The notes under the pieces were generated by a model, which was given only the letters and a program-made list of their open reading frames with translations, was not told the origin of the DNA and did no database searches. A stretch of DNA of 64,000 nt, taken from Naegleria gruberi. Taxonomy: Eukaryota. Position 1 is the first letter of the stretch; every line of letters begins with the position of its first letter. Location: the NCBI GenBank assembly GCA_000004985.1, contig GG738906.1; one strand, written 5' to 3'. The translations under genes were made by a program, and so were the position numbers. Of the stretch, positions 44,481-56,159 are shown piece after piece.

Positions 44481-46584
44481 ATGTTGCTCACGGTTGTCTT
44501 TTTATCGGCAGCAGCATATCTTGGCTACCAAGCTTTTTTGACATTTGTTGGAAGTAGGTATTTAATAATACAACAATATAAAATTAAAACTGGCAGGCAA
44601 AAGAACATCAGTGTATGACTTGATCAAAAATCCAAAGTATAACTTGAAGACAGTAGAAGCACCAAAGCTAGCAGGCAAATTATTCTTATTTTTTGTAAAT
44701 TTAGTTGAATTTTCACCAGTTGGCGATTTTTTGGTGCCAATAATTCTCAAATCATCTGGTTTTTCAATCCTTGAAGAAATTTCTGTCTATAACGCTCCTG
44801 CTTTGGATCCCATTCCAATGAGAAACGAAGAAGAACATTTTAATGATTTAAAGCATTTCGAAGAAAATGGTAAATTATCCTGCATGGAAATCCAAAAGAA
44901 AGAAATTGCTAGAATCATTGATGAATACTTTGCTTCTGACATGTCAAAGGAAAATTATGTTTACAATACCATTGCTTATATTCACAAGTTATATAAGGAA
45001 AAGAAAACAACTCCTCTCCAAGTTGCTAAAAATATTCTAAAGGCAATTAAAGAGATTGATGAACAAAATCCATCCTTAAAAGCTGTTATCAAATATGATG
45101 AAAGTTTACTTTTGAAACAAGCTGAAGAATCCACTAAAAGATATGAAGAAGGAAAGGAAATTTCTGTATTTGATGGTGTTCCTGTAACAATCAAGGATGA
45201 ACTTGACCTTGCAGGTTTCACTTCAACCAAAGGAATGAAAGTTACAGAATACACAGAACATGTAATTACTGAAGACGAAGAATCCAATGTTTCAAAATCT
45301 TTACGTGCACTTGGTGTCATGTTCGTTGGTAAGGCCAACCAAAATGAAATTGGTATTTGTGGTAAGTAGTTATATCATTTGATTTAGTCTTTAAAATTCT
45401 AAAATAATTAATATAATTTTGATTTATAATTGTAAAATTTTATCTAGCTCGTGGTATCAATGTAAACTTTGGCTCAGCAAGAAATCCGTACAACCTCCAA
45501 TGTGATACTGGTGGTAGCAGTAGTGGTTCAGGTGCTGGTGTTGGTAGTGGTTTGATTCCATTGAGTATTGGTACGGATGGTGGTGGTAGTGTTAGAATGT
45601 AAGTATGATGAGATCTATTATATTTGAATTAACATCTGGATTTGGTGAACTATTGTCACTAGCCCTTCTTCTTTGTGTGGCGTTTATGGATTAAAGCCAA
45701 CTCATTACAGAATTTCAACCAAGCAAAAGAGTGCCCCTGTTGCTTTTAGTACTTGTGTCGCTGGACCAATGACTGGATCTGCTATTGATTTGACATTGAG
45801 TTTTGCTGCAGTTGCTGGCAGAAGAAGCAATGATTTGAAATCTCTTACTCAACCAAGGGATTTAAGATTGAACGAGATTAGACTTATGGATCCAGATTAT
45901 TATAATCTAAATGAAAGAAAAATTGGAATTCATAACGACTATTTTAATGACGTAAAAGATAATAGAATTCCAAAACTTTGTAGAGACTTTATTGAGAAGG
46001 TATTTTGTAAGATTTATAATGCTCAAATAGATGACTCTATTGTAATCCCATTATTGGAGCCTTCGAGGGTATCCCACTTGGTTACTATTGCCGGTGAAAT
46101 GAGAAATGGTATGAAAGATTATGGATATTATGAATATGATAAGAGATCCAAGCTTTGTCCAGAAACTAGAATGTCTCTTTTATCTCAAAAATACGCCTCC
46201 TCATCCGATTACATTACAGCTCAAAGAGTTAGATCTCACCAAATGGACGAATTTGCAAAACTCTTCGAAAAGGTTGATGTTATTGCATTGCCCACAGTTG
46301 GATGTGTTGCACCTGAATTTGATGAAAGTCAAGTTAAGAAAGGAGGATTGGGTGTCAGCGATTATGATGTACTCTCAAGTATCATGAAATTCATTTTCAC
46401 TTCCAATTTTTGTGGATTCCCTTCAGTTTCAATTCCTATTGGTTTTATTGATAACAAACCAGTTGGCTTGCAACTCATGGCCAAATGGTGGGATGAAGTC
46501 ACCCTTTTGAAATTTTGTTTACTCGCTGAAAAATACACTGAGAAGAAGAAACCACAAAAATTTATTGATATCACATCCCAATAA
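44481..46584 (+). CDS. Amidase-signature enzyme, fatty-acid amide hydrolase (FAAH)-like, with an N-terminal transmembrane anchor. Exons 44481..44553, 44597..45361, 45448..45598, 45663..46584
   Basis: The TM exon MLLTVVFLSAAAYLGYQAFLTFVG| lies upstream of the ORF-track start. Amidase motifs are VPVTIKDELDLAGFTSTKG and …CDTGGSSSGSGAGVGSGLIPLSIGTDGGGSVR|IPSSLCGVYGLKPT. Donors are GTAGGT, GTAAGT and GTAAGT. Confidence 0.8.
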
Positions 46585-46829
46585 AAATAAAAAAGTTCCC
46601 TCATTTGTGTGAATTATTGAATTTTATTTACACCTCTACCACAGGCATTATACCTACTTTTACACTAATTGTCATCCCATCAACAATTTAACCAAAACAC
46701 GTGGTTATTTATACCATATACTAATCAATTAAAACACGTAAGAAAACTTTAATGTTCACCAAAAGTTTTTTACACAAAGTTCCCACAATTGTTCATCCAA
46801 GAATAACTCCAACATTTTGAAACAAAAAA

Positions 46830-49278
46830 ATGTTCAACAATGCTCCACCAAAAAACCTACTATCGATAACAACAAATACTAACCAGCAACTTCAACAACA
46901 ACTCATACCAACATTTAACATGTCCACAAATAATCAACCAACACACGCATCTTCTTTGACACCAAGTTTGAATAATATAGAAGTAGTTGGGAATGACAAC
47001 ATTCCCTCATCTGGAACAAATATAGATTTAATTAAGCAATTGCTCAATTCTAATCCACAACTACAAATGTACCTACATCAACTTGCCAATCAAACAGAAA
47101 ACAGTAACTCCATGTTGACAACATCCAATAATAATGTTAAAGTAGCAACAATTTCAGACCAAACAAATTCAACAATCGACAATATTCTTTCACTATTCAA
47201 TCAAAGCAATGAATCAAACAACATGTTACAACATCCTGGCAACTATGTATTAAATCACATGCCACAACTCCAAGAGCATAATATTACCTCCAATGCACAA
47301 CCAATGATGCATGGAGATTCTCAACATATTCTATCCCTCTATCTTTCATCAGAGGAAGTACAACAGTTGTTATTGTTGGATCAAGAAGCAACAAACAATA
47401 CTACCACCTTAAATCAACCCCAAATTACATCTCAAAGTTTTGTCAATCCATCAATTTTAAACAATAATTCACTAATAGTAGCAAACGAACAACCACCACT
47501 CTTTACATGCTCTAATTCTGGTACCAGAATCAATACGTGTGCATCTATTGAAGATCATAACAACGCATCCACACATTCTGACCATTTCCTTCATGATGTT
47601 TCTCCTTCGCTTCTTGCATCGCAACAAAATTTGCCTCACCATCAAAAACAAAATACTGCAAACATTGTTCGAAAGCATTCAATCCCCGATCTTCAACTTC
47701 ATCAACATCAACCTATCGTCAATCTCTTATATTCAACATCAACAACAATTAACCAAAATAATCATCACATGATTCAGCCACAAACAACAAATACACAATT
47801 TAATATGGAAATTTCTCCCTCTCCTTCACTTTCATTGCAAATTAATGAAATGGATTTTTATGATTTGCAATATATGAATCAGCCTTTAACGGATTTAGCT
47901 CCCCAACAATATAACAGATATATTTTTGATGGCTGTGAATTCATTCTACCCATCAGGTATTCACCAATAATGAGAGGTTCACAAGTAGTTTTTCTAGGAA
48001 GAGGAGCATACGGGCATGTAATTGCAGCAAATGACACTCAATCAGGAACAACAGTAGCTATTAAGAAAGTACAAAACGTATTTGATAAAGCTGCTTATAG
48101 AATGTTGAGAGGTTTGTGATTTTTATTTCAATAATTTTATTTATTATTTTTATTATTTAAAATAATAATTAATAATTATTTATTTTTATAATTTAATATT
48201 TTAGAGGTGAAAATAATGAGACATTTGAGAGGTCATCCAAATGTAAGTTTAAATTTAATTTTCCAAATTTTATCAATGTTTCAACTGTTATTTGAAAACA
48301 TTCATTATTTTGGATATAGATTGTGACATTAATTGATATTTTTATTCCTGGAAATACGTTAAATGAGTTTAAGGATTTGTATATAGTTTCAGAGTGTATG
48401 AATGGTGATTTAGGAAGAGTGATGACCAATCTATGCAATCAAAAGCAATGTTTATCAATAGATAATATTCGCGATATTATGGGGCAATTATTGAGTGCCA
48501 TGTACTATTTACAGAGTGCAGGAGTACTCCATAGAGATATGAAACCGAGCAATATTTTACTGTCACATAAATTCCAAGTTAAATTGAGCGATTTTGGAAT
48601 GAGTAGAAATGAGGCAACCAATCAACAAGTAACCAATCCTCAAAGTTTTGCTGTTGTAACTGAAATTTATCGACCTGTATGTACTTTACATTCTTTCCTT
48701 TATTGGAATTCGAAATGATCAATATTATACTTCAGCCTGAAGTTGTTTTGAATTATGAGATACAAACTTCTGCAATAGATTCGTGGTCTGTTGGATGTAT
48801 TTTTGCAGAGCTGTTATACATGTTACCGCCATCCTCAAAGAGAAGACCATTATTTGTAATTCTAAAGGATAGTGAAATTAGAGCGCCAAACCACTATGAA
48901 CATTTAAACTTGATGGCTTCTTTATTGGGAAAACCAAAGACAAATGAATTGAAAGGAAATCCACAATATGTACAAGAATTATTGGAATTATTGGAAAATT
49001 TCCCATCTCAAGGATATGATTTTTCTCTAATTTTCCCAGCAGCACCTCCGGAAGCCATTGATCTAATGAAAAGGTTTTTAACATGGAATCCAGAATCAAG
49101 GATATCCTTTGAGGAGGCTCTTAATCATCCCTTCATAAGGAGTAGTAATATGATAAACAGAATTAGGGCTGGCGAAAAAATTGGATCATTGGATGACGAT
49201 GTCAATGTGAGTTCGGAAAAGATAAAATTCCTCTTTTACAAGGAGATAGTGAGCTGGAAATTGGAAAATAAAAACTAA
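46830..49278 (+). CDS. CMGC-group (MAPK/CDK-like) protein kinase with a ~380-aa N/Q/T-rich N-terminal extension. Exons 46830..48111, 48205..48242, 48320..48676, 48736..49278
   Basis: GRGAYGHVIAA…VAIKKV; R|EVKIMRHLRGHPN|IVTLIDIF; HRDMKPSNILL; DFGMSR; activation segment VVTEIYRP|PEVVLNY; DSWSVGCIFAELL. Intron 1 is 93 nt and pure A+T-rich. Confidence 0.75.
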
Positions 49279-49519
49279 TGGATTATTTTAGTGTACAATA
49301 TTCCACCAATTATTTTTCGGTTAAGGCTAATGAATAATCTTGCTTGTTGTTTTGCTAAATGGGCAACCCTTTTTCTAAGATCAACATTGTATCTAACAGT
49401 CGAATAATCCTTAGCTTCTCTAACACTGGCTGAATCTTTCCACATGCTATTCAATTCAAAAATATTACCAATGCAATCAAGAACCTCTTGATACTTTTTG
49501 TCACACAAACAATCTCTCA

Positions 49520-50100
49520 CTCCCCATCAACATTGTAAACTTCGGTTGACTTTGATTTTCCTTTCGGTTTTTCTACAAAATACAAGCATAACTCTTAACA
49601 ATCTCATACATATTATTGCCTATTAGGAAGTCTGTTTCATACCTCTAGTTTAGCATTTCTAAACGCCCTGCTGTGTTGACAGTGTCACCAATGGCAGTAT
49701 TGCACCTACCTTCATTAGATCCAATATTTCCAATAAGACAATTGCCAGTATTAATACCAGTTCTCACCAATGGAAGGTTTTCTTTTTGACAACTGGTCTT
49801 ATATTGCTCAATTCGGAATTAGCAAGCCATTGCTCTGGTGGCCTTTAAAGCATGATCAGGTTTTTAAAGGATGTGAAAAAAAACCATTTGACTCTATTGA
49901 GTATTCAGTATTGATTAAAATAATCAATGTTATCTATTACAACATACCGCCACCAATATATTTATCGAGCACTCCATCATTTTTCTCTACACTCTCTGTA
50001 ACTATGTTGAAATATTCAGTTAAAATCTTGAGAAGAATGGACAAACTGCAAGATTCAGAGCAAAGATCAGAATCAAATTTCATTTTATCAATTAATTACT
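49520..50100 (-). pseudogene. Class III adenylyl/guanylyl cyclase catalytic-domain remnant; no continuous frame, so probably a pseudogene or a gene with unusually tiny introns
   Basis: On the minus strand: …NDGVLDKYIGG|GTATGT… (nucleotide-binding region), then …ENLPLVRTGINTGNCLIGNIGSNEGRCNTAIGDTVNTAGRLEMLN* (the cyclase core GINTG…GDTVNTAGR), then …GNNMYEIVKSYACIL*, and finally KPKGKSKSTEVYNVDGE* (matches the …KGKG..TY.L C-terminal motif). The pieces sit in different frames and are interrupted by stops. Joining them needs 20–23-nt introns or frameshifts. Confidence 0.4.
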
Positions 50101-50741
50101 AAAAGAACCCAATCTAAACCGTGTGAATCATTAATAATATGAACTGAGTATTCCATAAAATAGAAGTTTGAAATGTCAGGATCTTCAGTATTAACATAGG
50201 AACAAGTCCAATGACACAGAAGAGGTATTCTTGAGAGCTGATTCTGGCATTGGATAAATTATCCTTCTTTCCAATACTTTAGCAGTCTGTAAAATAAAAA
50301 CAACAAACAATATATTTTGAAGACTTAAACATTGTGATATTTGAACTGTTGTCATCATTTGTTGATGAGGGATGAATCTTATTATCAGGTTGCTTATATA
50401 ACTTGAACTTCTTTGAGAGAAGTGGTTTGCAGTGATTGAGCTACCATCTTGAGAATTTTATTCTGTAAGTTTTTTGAAACTATTCGTGCTTGTTTCTATA
50501 TTTATTTGAACAATACACAAAATACACAAGGTAAACAGAATTAACTCCGCTAACAATTATCAAAAGTTGAGTAGAGTTTTAATATCACCTTACTCACTTT
50601 TGTACCATATTGTTTCTAACTTATTATAATACTCACAGGAAAGAAAATAACAACCTTTCCTTTAACACCAGATTAAACTTCAACAAAAATTTGTGCATCA
50701 AGTAAATCTAGAACATTTTGTGCTGCAAGCGAGCAAAAAAA

Positions 50742-53700
50742 ATGCCAAAAACTCCAACCTCTAAAAAGTCAAGCAGCAATAACGTGGCAACACCAAACAA
50801 CAATGGTAAACCATCAACAACAACAGGAAACCATGCCACTATAAGTAAAAAAATTACTTTCAAGGACCGATTATTTCAACATATTGAAAAATCTTTTACT
50901 CAACAACCACAACTCACACAAACACTCATCACTGAACTTCAACAACTTTTAACTTTGCCAAGTGTTACCAAAGAAGAAATTTTACACTTTTTCCTTTCCT
51001 TGTTTGATCAATGTGCTGAACAAACTCATTCAAAAAATCCAAGAAACAATTTTGCCGATTCAACCTTTTTTTCATCACTTTCAATAACATTACTTGGTAG
51101 TGTTGTTCCATCATCCATTCAACAAAATGTTAATTTATTCTCCCTTGATGAGTTGTACAAATTATTGAAACAAACACAACAACAATCTTCTTCCGGAGAT
51201 TTTTATGAACAAGTTAAAGTGAGACTCGTTTTCATTACAGGTTGTTTCTTTACAGGCTCTGTGTTTATGGGTCAAACTCAAAATGGGAAAAAACAAAAGT
51301 CTAATACTTTACTTTCAAAATTTGTTGAAGAAGTACAACAAGACTATCGTAGATTGTTAAAGAAAAAGAAGGAACAAGGAGAAAATGTTGAAGAAAAGAA
51401 GCAACAAGCAATCTTGTCTGTACTCTTTGCTGAAGCAATTGGTGCAATTTTAACCTGTATGAAACAAGCTTCTTTAAAGAAGAATTCATCAGTTACAAAG
51501 AAGGAATTGGACACTTTGTGTATGGAATTAGAAACCAGTTTCCTCCCAGAAATTGTGGACCGAACACCATCTCTTCCTGAATCTGATGACGATGACGAAG
51601 AAATGCAAGAAGGTGAGAAGAAAAAGACATTGAAAGATAGAGAAGTAGTTATGGATGGACCATTTTCGAGAAATATGCTCCAAAGCACATATACAGAACT
51701 TTCACTCTATCTTCTTCATTACTACATTCAAGAAAATAGTCCTTCCACTATGGTTGAACGTAATACTATTCTTACTGGTGGAAGATTTAGCTCTGAAGAT
51801 GAATCATCCCAATTTTCTGTGCTCCTTACCCGTTCCTTCATGGCATCTCTCATTGAACACATGAATGAATATCGCCATTTACCTATTCATTGCTTTACTA
51901 CACATTTCCTCAAACAATTGATTGAACCAATCATTCTCACTCATTTAAAGAAGAAGTCTAAAAAGACTAGCAATGTTGAGGATCAATTTGAACTTGCAAA
52001 GGAATTATTAGAATCATTCTTTATTCAACTCATTTCCCAAATGCAAGCACCTCCTTCACTTTTACAACAACCAAAGACTGGTAGCACAAGCGACATTATT
52101 GCTCAAATATCTTCTAGAAAAGCTTATTGGTGGGAAATTCAAGTCTTCCAATCTGTATTGGAATCATTGGATAAGGGATCCGATAAGACTGTTATGAATT
52201 TCATTCTTGATAATATTTTACCTTTGGGTGATATTGAAGGTGTTGTTAATCCATTCCTTGTTATGTGGGGAGCTGTTTTGAATGAATGTAAACAATTCCT
52301 CAAGAATGTTCCAACGAGCGGTTCATCAAGTCCAACAACAGGTAATACCCTTCTCAATTCTCTCTTAATGTTAGTTGTTAAAAAACAAGAGCAAAAGAAG
52401 AGAAAGAGAATTGCTGAAGCTGAAGAAAACAACACTGTCCCAAATGTGGAAACTGAAGCATTGAAGAATGAATACAAGATGAAACAAGTAAGAGAAGAGT
52501 TTTTCCAATATCAAATATGGTTAGGTACTCAATTGAGACCTAGAATAATGAGTTTAACATCATTAACTCCATCTCTTTCAAAGTACTTACTTTCCAGAGA
52601 ATCTGTTTTGTGCAAGGTTTCAAATACTTTGGGAACTTACACAGCTGAAAAACTCTCAACCTTTACTATTGAAGCAGATAAAAAGAAGAGAAAAGCTCAA
52701 GAAGACGATGAGGATATTATTTCTTTATCTCGTAGAACCTCTCGTTCACTTTTAAGAGGTCTGTCCTCATGGTTGAGAGACTCTATCAAACATAGAGTGG
52801 GTACAATTACTAGATCAATTCTTTTAATCTTGTCTCAATATGACGAGCAAATGGAACGATTCATCGCCAAGAAAAATCAGATGGATTTGGTACATGATAC
52901 CTTACTTCAAACCGAAGAAAAGGAAGAAGAATGGCTCAATGAAGAAGCACTCAGATTTTTATTGTCATGTTTCCCAACAAATGTCAGAGTTTATGATAAG
53001 AGTGAAGATTCTTTCACTACTGAAGATCTCACAATTCTTCTCAAAAAGTTATTTGAAGTGGGTTCATTAATGAACTATGTTAGCGATAAGCCACTCTTGA
53101 CAAAGAAATCAGACGAAGAGAGAGAAACTCTCATTAGACACAGATCATACTATGGAAAGGATATTGTTGATTTATCCTCTAATTTGGTAAAACTGATAAT
53201 TAATAATTTGGCAGTTCAAGAATTTAACTGGATGAGACAACAATTCCACACCAAGGAAGTCAAAGAAACTGAAAAACAACTAACAAGCTCAAAGAGCTGG
53301 AGTAATGAACTCTATTCTTATGCTATCAAGTTATTTGGTCTTGAAGAAAAGAGTAAACAAGAGAAGAGAAAGAGAATTTTTGAAACTAAGGATAACAACT
53401 CGAACTTTAAAAAACTTCAATCTCTCTTGGGATCTATTCAATCTGATTTGGACAAGTGCAGTATCGGAAGCTCATCAAAAGCTTGTATGGATTGGTCAAT
53501 CCTTTCATCTCTTGCTATTTATATTAGGCAAGTATTGGTAACTAGTTTCTTCGATCCTTGGATTATTGAATCTGAAGCTCAGGGTCAACCTATGGTTGAA
53601 GACTTGGCTAGAGTCTATGGAACCATTTCTAAACTTTCTTCCTCTGATCTTATTCTCATTTGCCAAAAGAAGGAAGATTCAATGCAAGATGAATCTATTC

Positions 53701-55748
53701 AACCTATGGAAGTGTTGACTGATGTATTGGTTGTAAATATCAACGTTGAACCTAATCTCACTCTTGCTTCTCGTATTGTATTCATGACTATTGCTAAATA
53801 CCTCAATGAAGAATGCTTGGATATTTTATTCAATTATTTAATGAAAGATGGCGAAGTGCAAGATATTGAGGATGAGAGCGACGAAGAGGAAGAGGAAGAA
53901 GAGGATGACGAAAGCGATGATGAAAAAACTGATACCCTTGATGAAGAACCATTAGAAAACGAAACTGAAGGATCAGTCATCATAAGAACTGATGAAGAGG
54001 AAGAAGAGGGTGGTATTGACCTTAACAATCCAGGTGATGTTTCCAAAGTATTGGAGATGCTCAAAGCACGTAATGAAGCTAAAAAGAAAAAGTCTGAAGA
54101 AAAACAGCAAAAATTGAAGCGTATGGAATTTGCCATGAATATTGTACAAGTATTGGAGGGATTATGTATTAAGAGCATTCCTCAACCAGTACTCATTCTC
54201 CTCTTATTCAAATCAACTCAATATATCCTTGAAAAGATTTGGTCCCAAAATGATGAAGAAGTAGCAGAACATTTAAAGAAGGCAACAGGATATGCTGTTA
54301 ATACTATCTTTAATAAGGTTCTTCAATTAGTCCAAATCTTAACCAGAGAATATCGTCAACAATTACTGACAGATTCAAACTCAAGCATATGTGCTATAGT
54401 TTTCGAACAAGAGGCAAAGGATGCATTGTTTGAAACAGCTAGAGTTTTTGCTTTAGAGTTTTCCAAGTATGGTATCTTGTTATCCTCTCTTCAAGGTAAA
54501 ACCAAAAAGTCTATCACCAATAAGAATTCTCCAAGTTTGAATATGGAACAATCTGCTCACATGTTGAGTATCTTTATTAGACTGATGTATGTATTAAAGA
54601 AGAGTGACAACACAGAGATGGACTCTCAAATTGAAAAGATGCTTTTTGGTTCTTCCGATAACGACGAAGAAATGGGAACTTCTATGGAATTATTAATTTC
54701 TTTGGCTCAATCAGATTCACACATTGCCAGTACTTTGGGTAGTAAGATTATAATGTTTGCTTTGGATAAGGTTATTAACTCTGGTGATAAGAAATATCGT
54801 GATAGAAAATCAGGTCGTGTTCTTGCCCAACAACCATATCAAAGAGAAATGTACGATAGAATTTTAGGAAGCCTAGTTAAACCATTTGTATTGTCATTAT
54901 CTGGAGAAAATAAGACATCTTCAACTGCTAATGCTGTTCTATTAATGGTTTTAGAATCATATGTGAAAGATATTTGTCCAGCTATGAAACTTATCAAATC
55001 AACTTCAATTAAGGCTAAAAATCTCAAGAAGAGTGCTAGTGTACTTTTAACCGTTTTGGAGTATTTAGCAAATCATTCATCAATGCAAAAAGATTTTACC
55101 GAGGTTCAATTCAGAGAATTATTAACATGTTTCTACTTTGTATTCCATCAACAAGAAAAGAAACAAGGTGAAGAAAAGAAGGAATCAATTTGGACTCAAG
55201 CGTTACCACTGTTTGAAGAATGGAGAAAGAGATGGAATTTAGGCTCAACTCTCGTCCAGGATTTTATTACATCAAACCAAGATTTGGACAAGTCTGCTAT
55301 TGAAATTATGAAACAAAGAAGAGAGGTTTTCAAAAAGGAAAGAAAGGAACGAGTGAAACAGTCAACCGAGCAAACTCCTGAAGAAAACAAGAAGAAGAGA
55401 AAGAGAAATGAAAAGAAGGAGTTAAATGAACCAGTAATCGAGAAGAAGGAAGAGGTCAAGAAGGAAAAGCCAATAGAAGAAGCTCCACAAAAGAAGAGAA
55501 AACAAACTCCATCAGCTTTTGTTTTTGAAACTGATGAAAAACCAGTCCAAACAATTGAAGAAATGAAAAAGAAGAGTGGTGATATTCCTGCTTCTAAAAA
55601 GGCTACAGCCACCTCTGTCAATCAAACAGATAAGAAGTCTTCCAACAAACAAGAATCTACTCTTTTCAACGAAACAGCTTCAAGTATTGCCAAGAAGAAT
55701 ACAAAGAAACCAACCAAAACAGCAACACAAAAGAAATCCAAACAATAA
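50742..55748 (+). CDS. Large (~1670 aa) acidic/basic nucleolar-type protein, possibly DNA polymerase phi / MYBBP1A (Pol5)-like; single exon
   Basis: Uninterrupted ORF. Internal poly-acidic blocks (DDDDEEMQEGEKKK; IEDESDEEEEEEEDDESDDEK…TDEEEEEG) and a K/R-rich, NLS-like C-terminal 250 aa (KKKRKRNEKKE…KKRKQ). This architecture resembles MYBBP1A/Pol5, but the assignment is tentative. The start is probably 50742 (AAAAAAAATG) rather than 50718. Confidence 0.45.
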   Translation: MPKTPTSKKSSSNNVATPNNNGKPSTTTGNHATISKKITFKDRLFQHIEKSFTQQPQLTQTLITELQQLLTLPSVTKEEILHFFLSLFDQCAEQTHSKNPRNNFADSTFFSSLSITLLGSVVPSSIQQNVNLFSLDELYKLLKQTQQQSSSGDFYEQVKVRLVFITGCFFTGSVFMGQTQNGKKQKSNTLLSKFVEEVQQDYRRLLKKKKEQGENVEEKKQQAILSVLFAEAIGAILTCMKQASLKKNSSVTKKELDTLCMELETSFLPEIVDRTPSLPESDDDDEEMQEGEKKKTLKDREVVMDGPFSRNMLQSTYTELSLYLLHYYIQENSPSTMVERNTILTGGRFSSEDESSQFSVLLTRSFMASLIEHMNEYRHLPIHCFTTHFLKQLIEPIILTHLKKKSKKTSNVEDQFELAKELLESFFIQLISQMQAPPSLLQQPKTGSTSDIIAQISSRKAYWWEIQVFQSVLESLDKGSDKTVMNFILDNILPLGDIEGVVNPFLVMWGAVLNECKQFLKNVPTSGSSSPTTGNTLLNSLLMLVVKKQEQKKRKRIAEAEENNTVPNVETEALKNEYKMKQVREEFFQYQIWLGTQLRPRIMSLTSLTPSLSKYLLSRESVLCKVSNTLGTYTAEKLSTFTIEADKKKRKAQEDDEDIISLSRRTSRSLLRGLSSWLRDSIKHRVGTITRSILLILSQYDEQMERFIAKKNQMDLVHDTLLQTEEKEEEWLNEEALRFLLSCFPTNVRVYDKSEDSFTTEDLTILLKKLFEVGSLMNYVSDKPLLTKKSDEERETLIRHRSYYGKDIVDLSSNLVKLIINNLAVQEFNWMRQQFHTKEVKETEKQLTSSKSWSNELYSYAIKLFGLEEKSKQEKRKRIFETKDNNSNFKKLQSLLGSIQSDLDKCSIGSSSKACMDWSILSSLAIYIRQVLVTSFFDPWIIESEAQGQPMVEDLARVYGTISKLSSSDLILICQKKEDSMQDESIQPMEVLTDVLVVNINVEPNLTLASRIVFMTIAKYLNEECLDILFNYLMKDGEVQDIEDESDEEEEEEEDDESDDEKTDTLDEEPLENETEGSVIIRTDEEEEEGGIDLNNPGDVSKVLEMLKARNEAKKKKSEEKQQKLKRMEFAMNIVQVLEGLCIKSIPQPVLILLLFKSTQYILEKIWSQNDEEVAEHLKKATGYAVNTIFNKVLQLVQILTREYRQQLLTDSNSSICAIVFEQEAKDALFETARVFALEFSKYGILLSSLQGKTKKSITNKNSPSLNMEQSAHMLSIFIRLMYVLKKSDNTEMDSQIEKMLFGSSDNDEEMGTSMELLISLAQSDSHIASTLGSKIIMFALDKVINSGDKKYRDRKSGRVLAQQPYQREMYDRILGSLVKPFVLSLSGENKTSSTANAVLLMVLESYVKDICPAMKLIKSTSIKAKNLKKSASVLLTVLEYLANHSSMQKDFTEVQFRELLTCFYFVFHQQEKKQGEEKKESIWTQALPLFEEWRKRWNLGSTLVQDFITSNQDLDKSAIEIMKQRREVFKKERKERVKQSTEQTPEENKKKRKRNEKKELNEPVIEKKEEVKKEKPIEEAPQKKRKQTPSAFVFETDEKPVQTIEEMKKKSGDIPASKKATATSVNQTDKKSSNKQESTLFNETASSIAKKNTKKPTKTATQKKSKQ

Positions 55749-55790
55749 AAGACTCATTTCACCATTCAAACGTCATCTCTCATCAAAAAA

Positions 55791-56150
55791 ATGAACAAAC
55801 CACTGGCTTTTGTTTTAGTACTGTTGTTGGTGTGTTGTTTGATGCAATATGTTCAGTCATCATCACTGTCTTCTCTTCTATCCTATTCCGATTCTCTAAC
55901 ACTACATCAGAAAGAAAATACTCTTATTTTGGCTGATGAGGCTAAAGTTGGATCTATTGTGACATTGACTAATGAGGAGTTTGAAGATTTTTCTAATGCT
56001 GAAATATTTGGGGAGGATTTACAATTCGTGGAGAATGATGGAGAGTTGACTCTTTCAAATAATAATATACTGTCTGCCGATAAACAGAGTGTTTCTTCCA
56101 TTACCACATTGAACAAGGAAGAAGAAACCAATGTTTCTTGGTTGGCATAA
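55791..56150 (+). CDS. Small predicted secreted acidic protein (119 aa)
   Basis: Signal peptide MNKPLAFVLVLLLVCCLMQYVQSS followed by an E/D-rich body. Only 10 bp separate its stop from the DNA ligase stop on the other strand. Confidence 0.4.
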   Translation: MNKPLAFVLVLLLVCCLMQYVQSSSLSSLLSYSDSLTLHQKENTLILADEAKVGSIVTLTNEEFEDFSNAEIFGEDLQFVENDGELTLSNNNILSADKQSVSSITTLNKEEETNVSWLA

Positions 56151-56159
56151 TAATAAACT

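Noticed and set aside
49275-49520. 81-aa minus-strand ORF (MRDCLCDKKYQEVLDC…)
   Set aside because: It lies downstream of the cyclase-like C-terminal stop (…EVYNVDGE*), so it is most likely 3'UTR or intergenic sequence. It has no domain signal.
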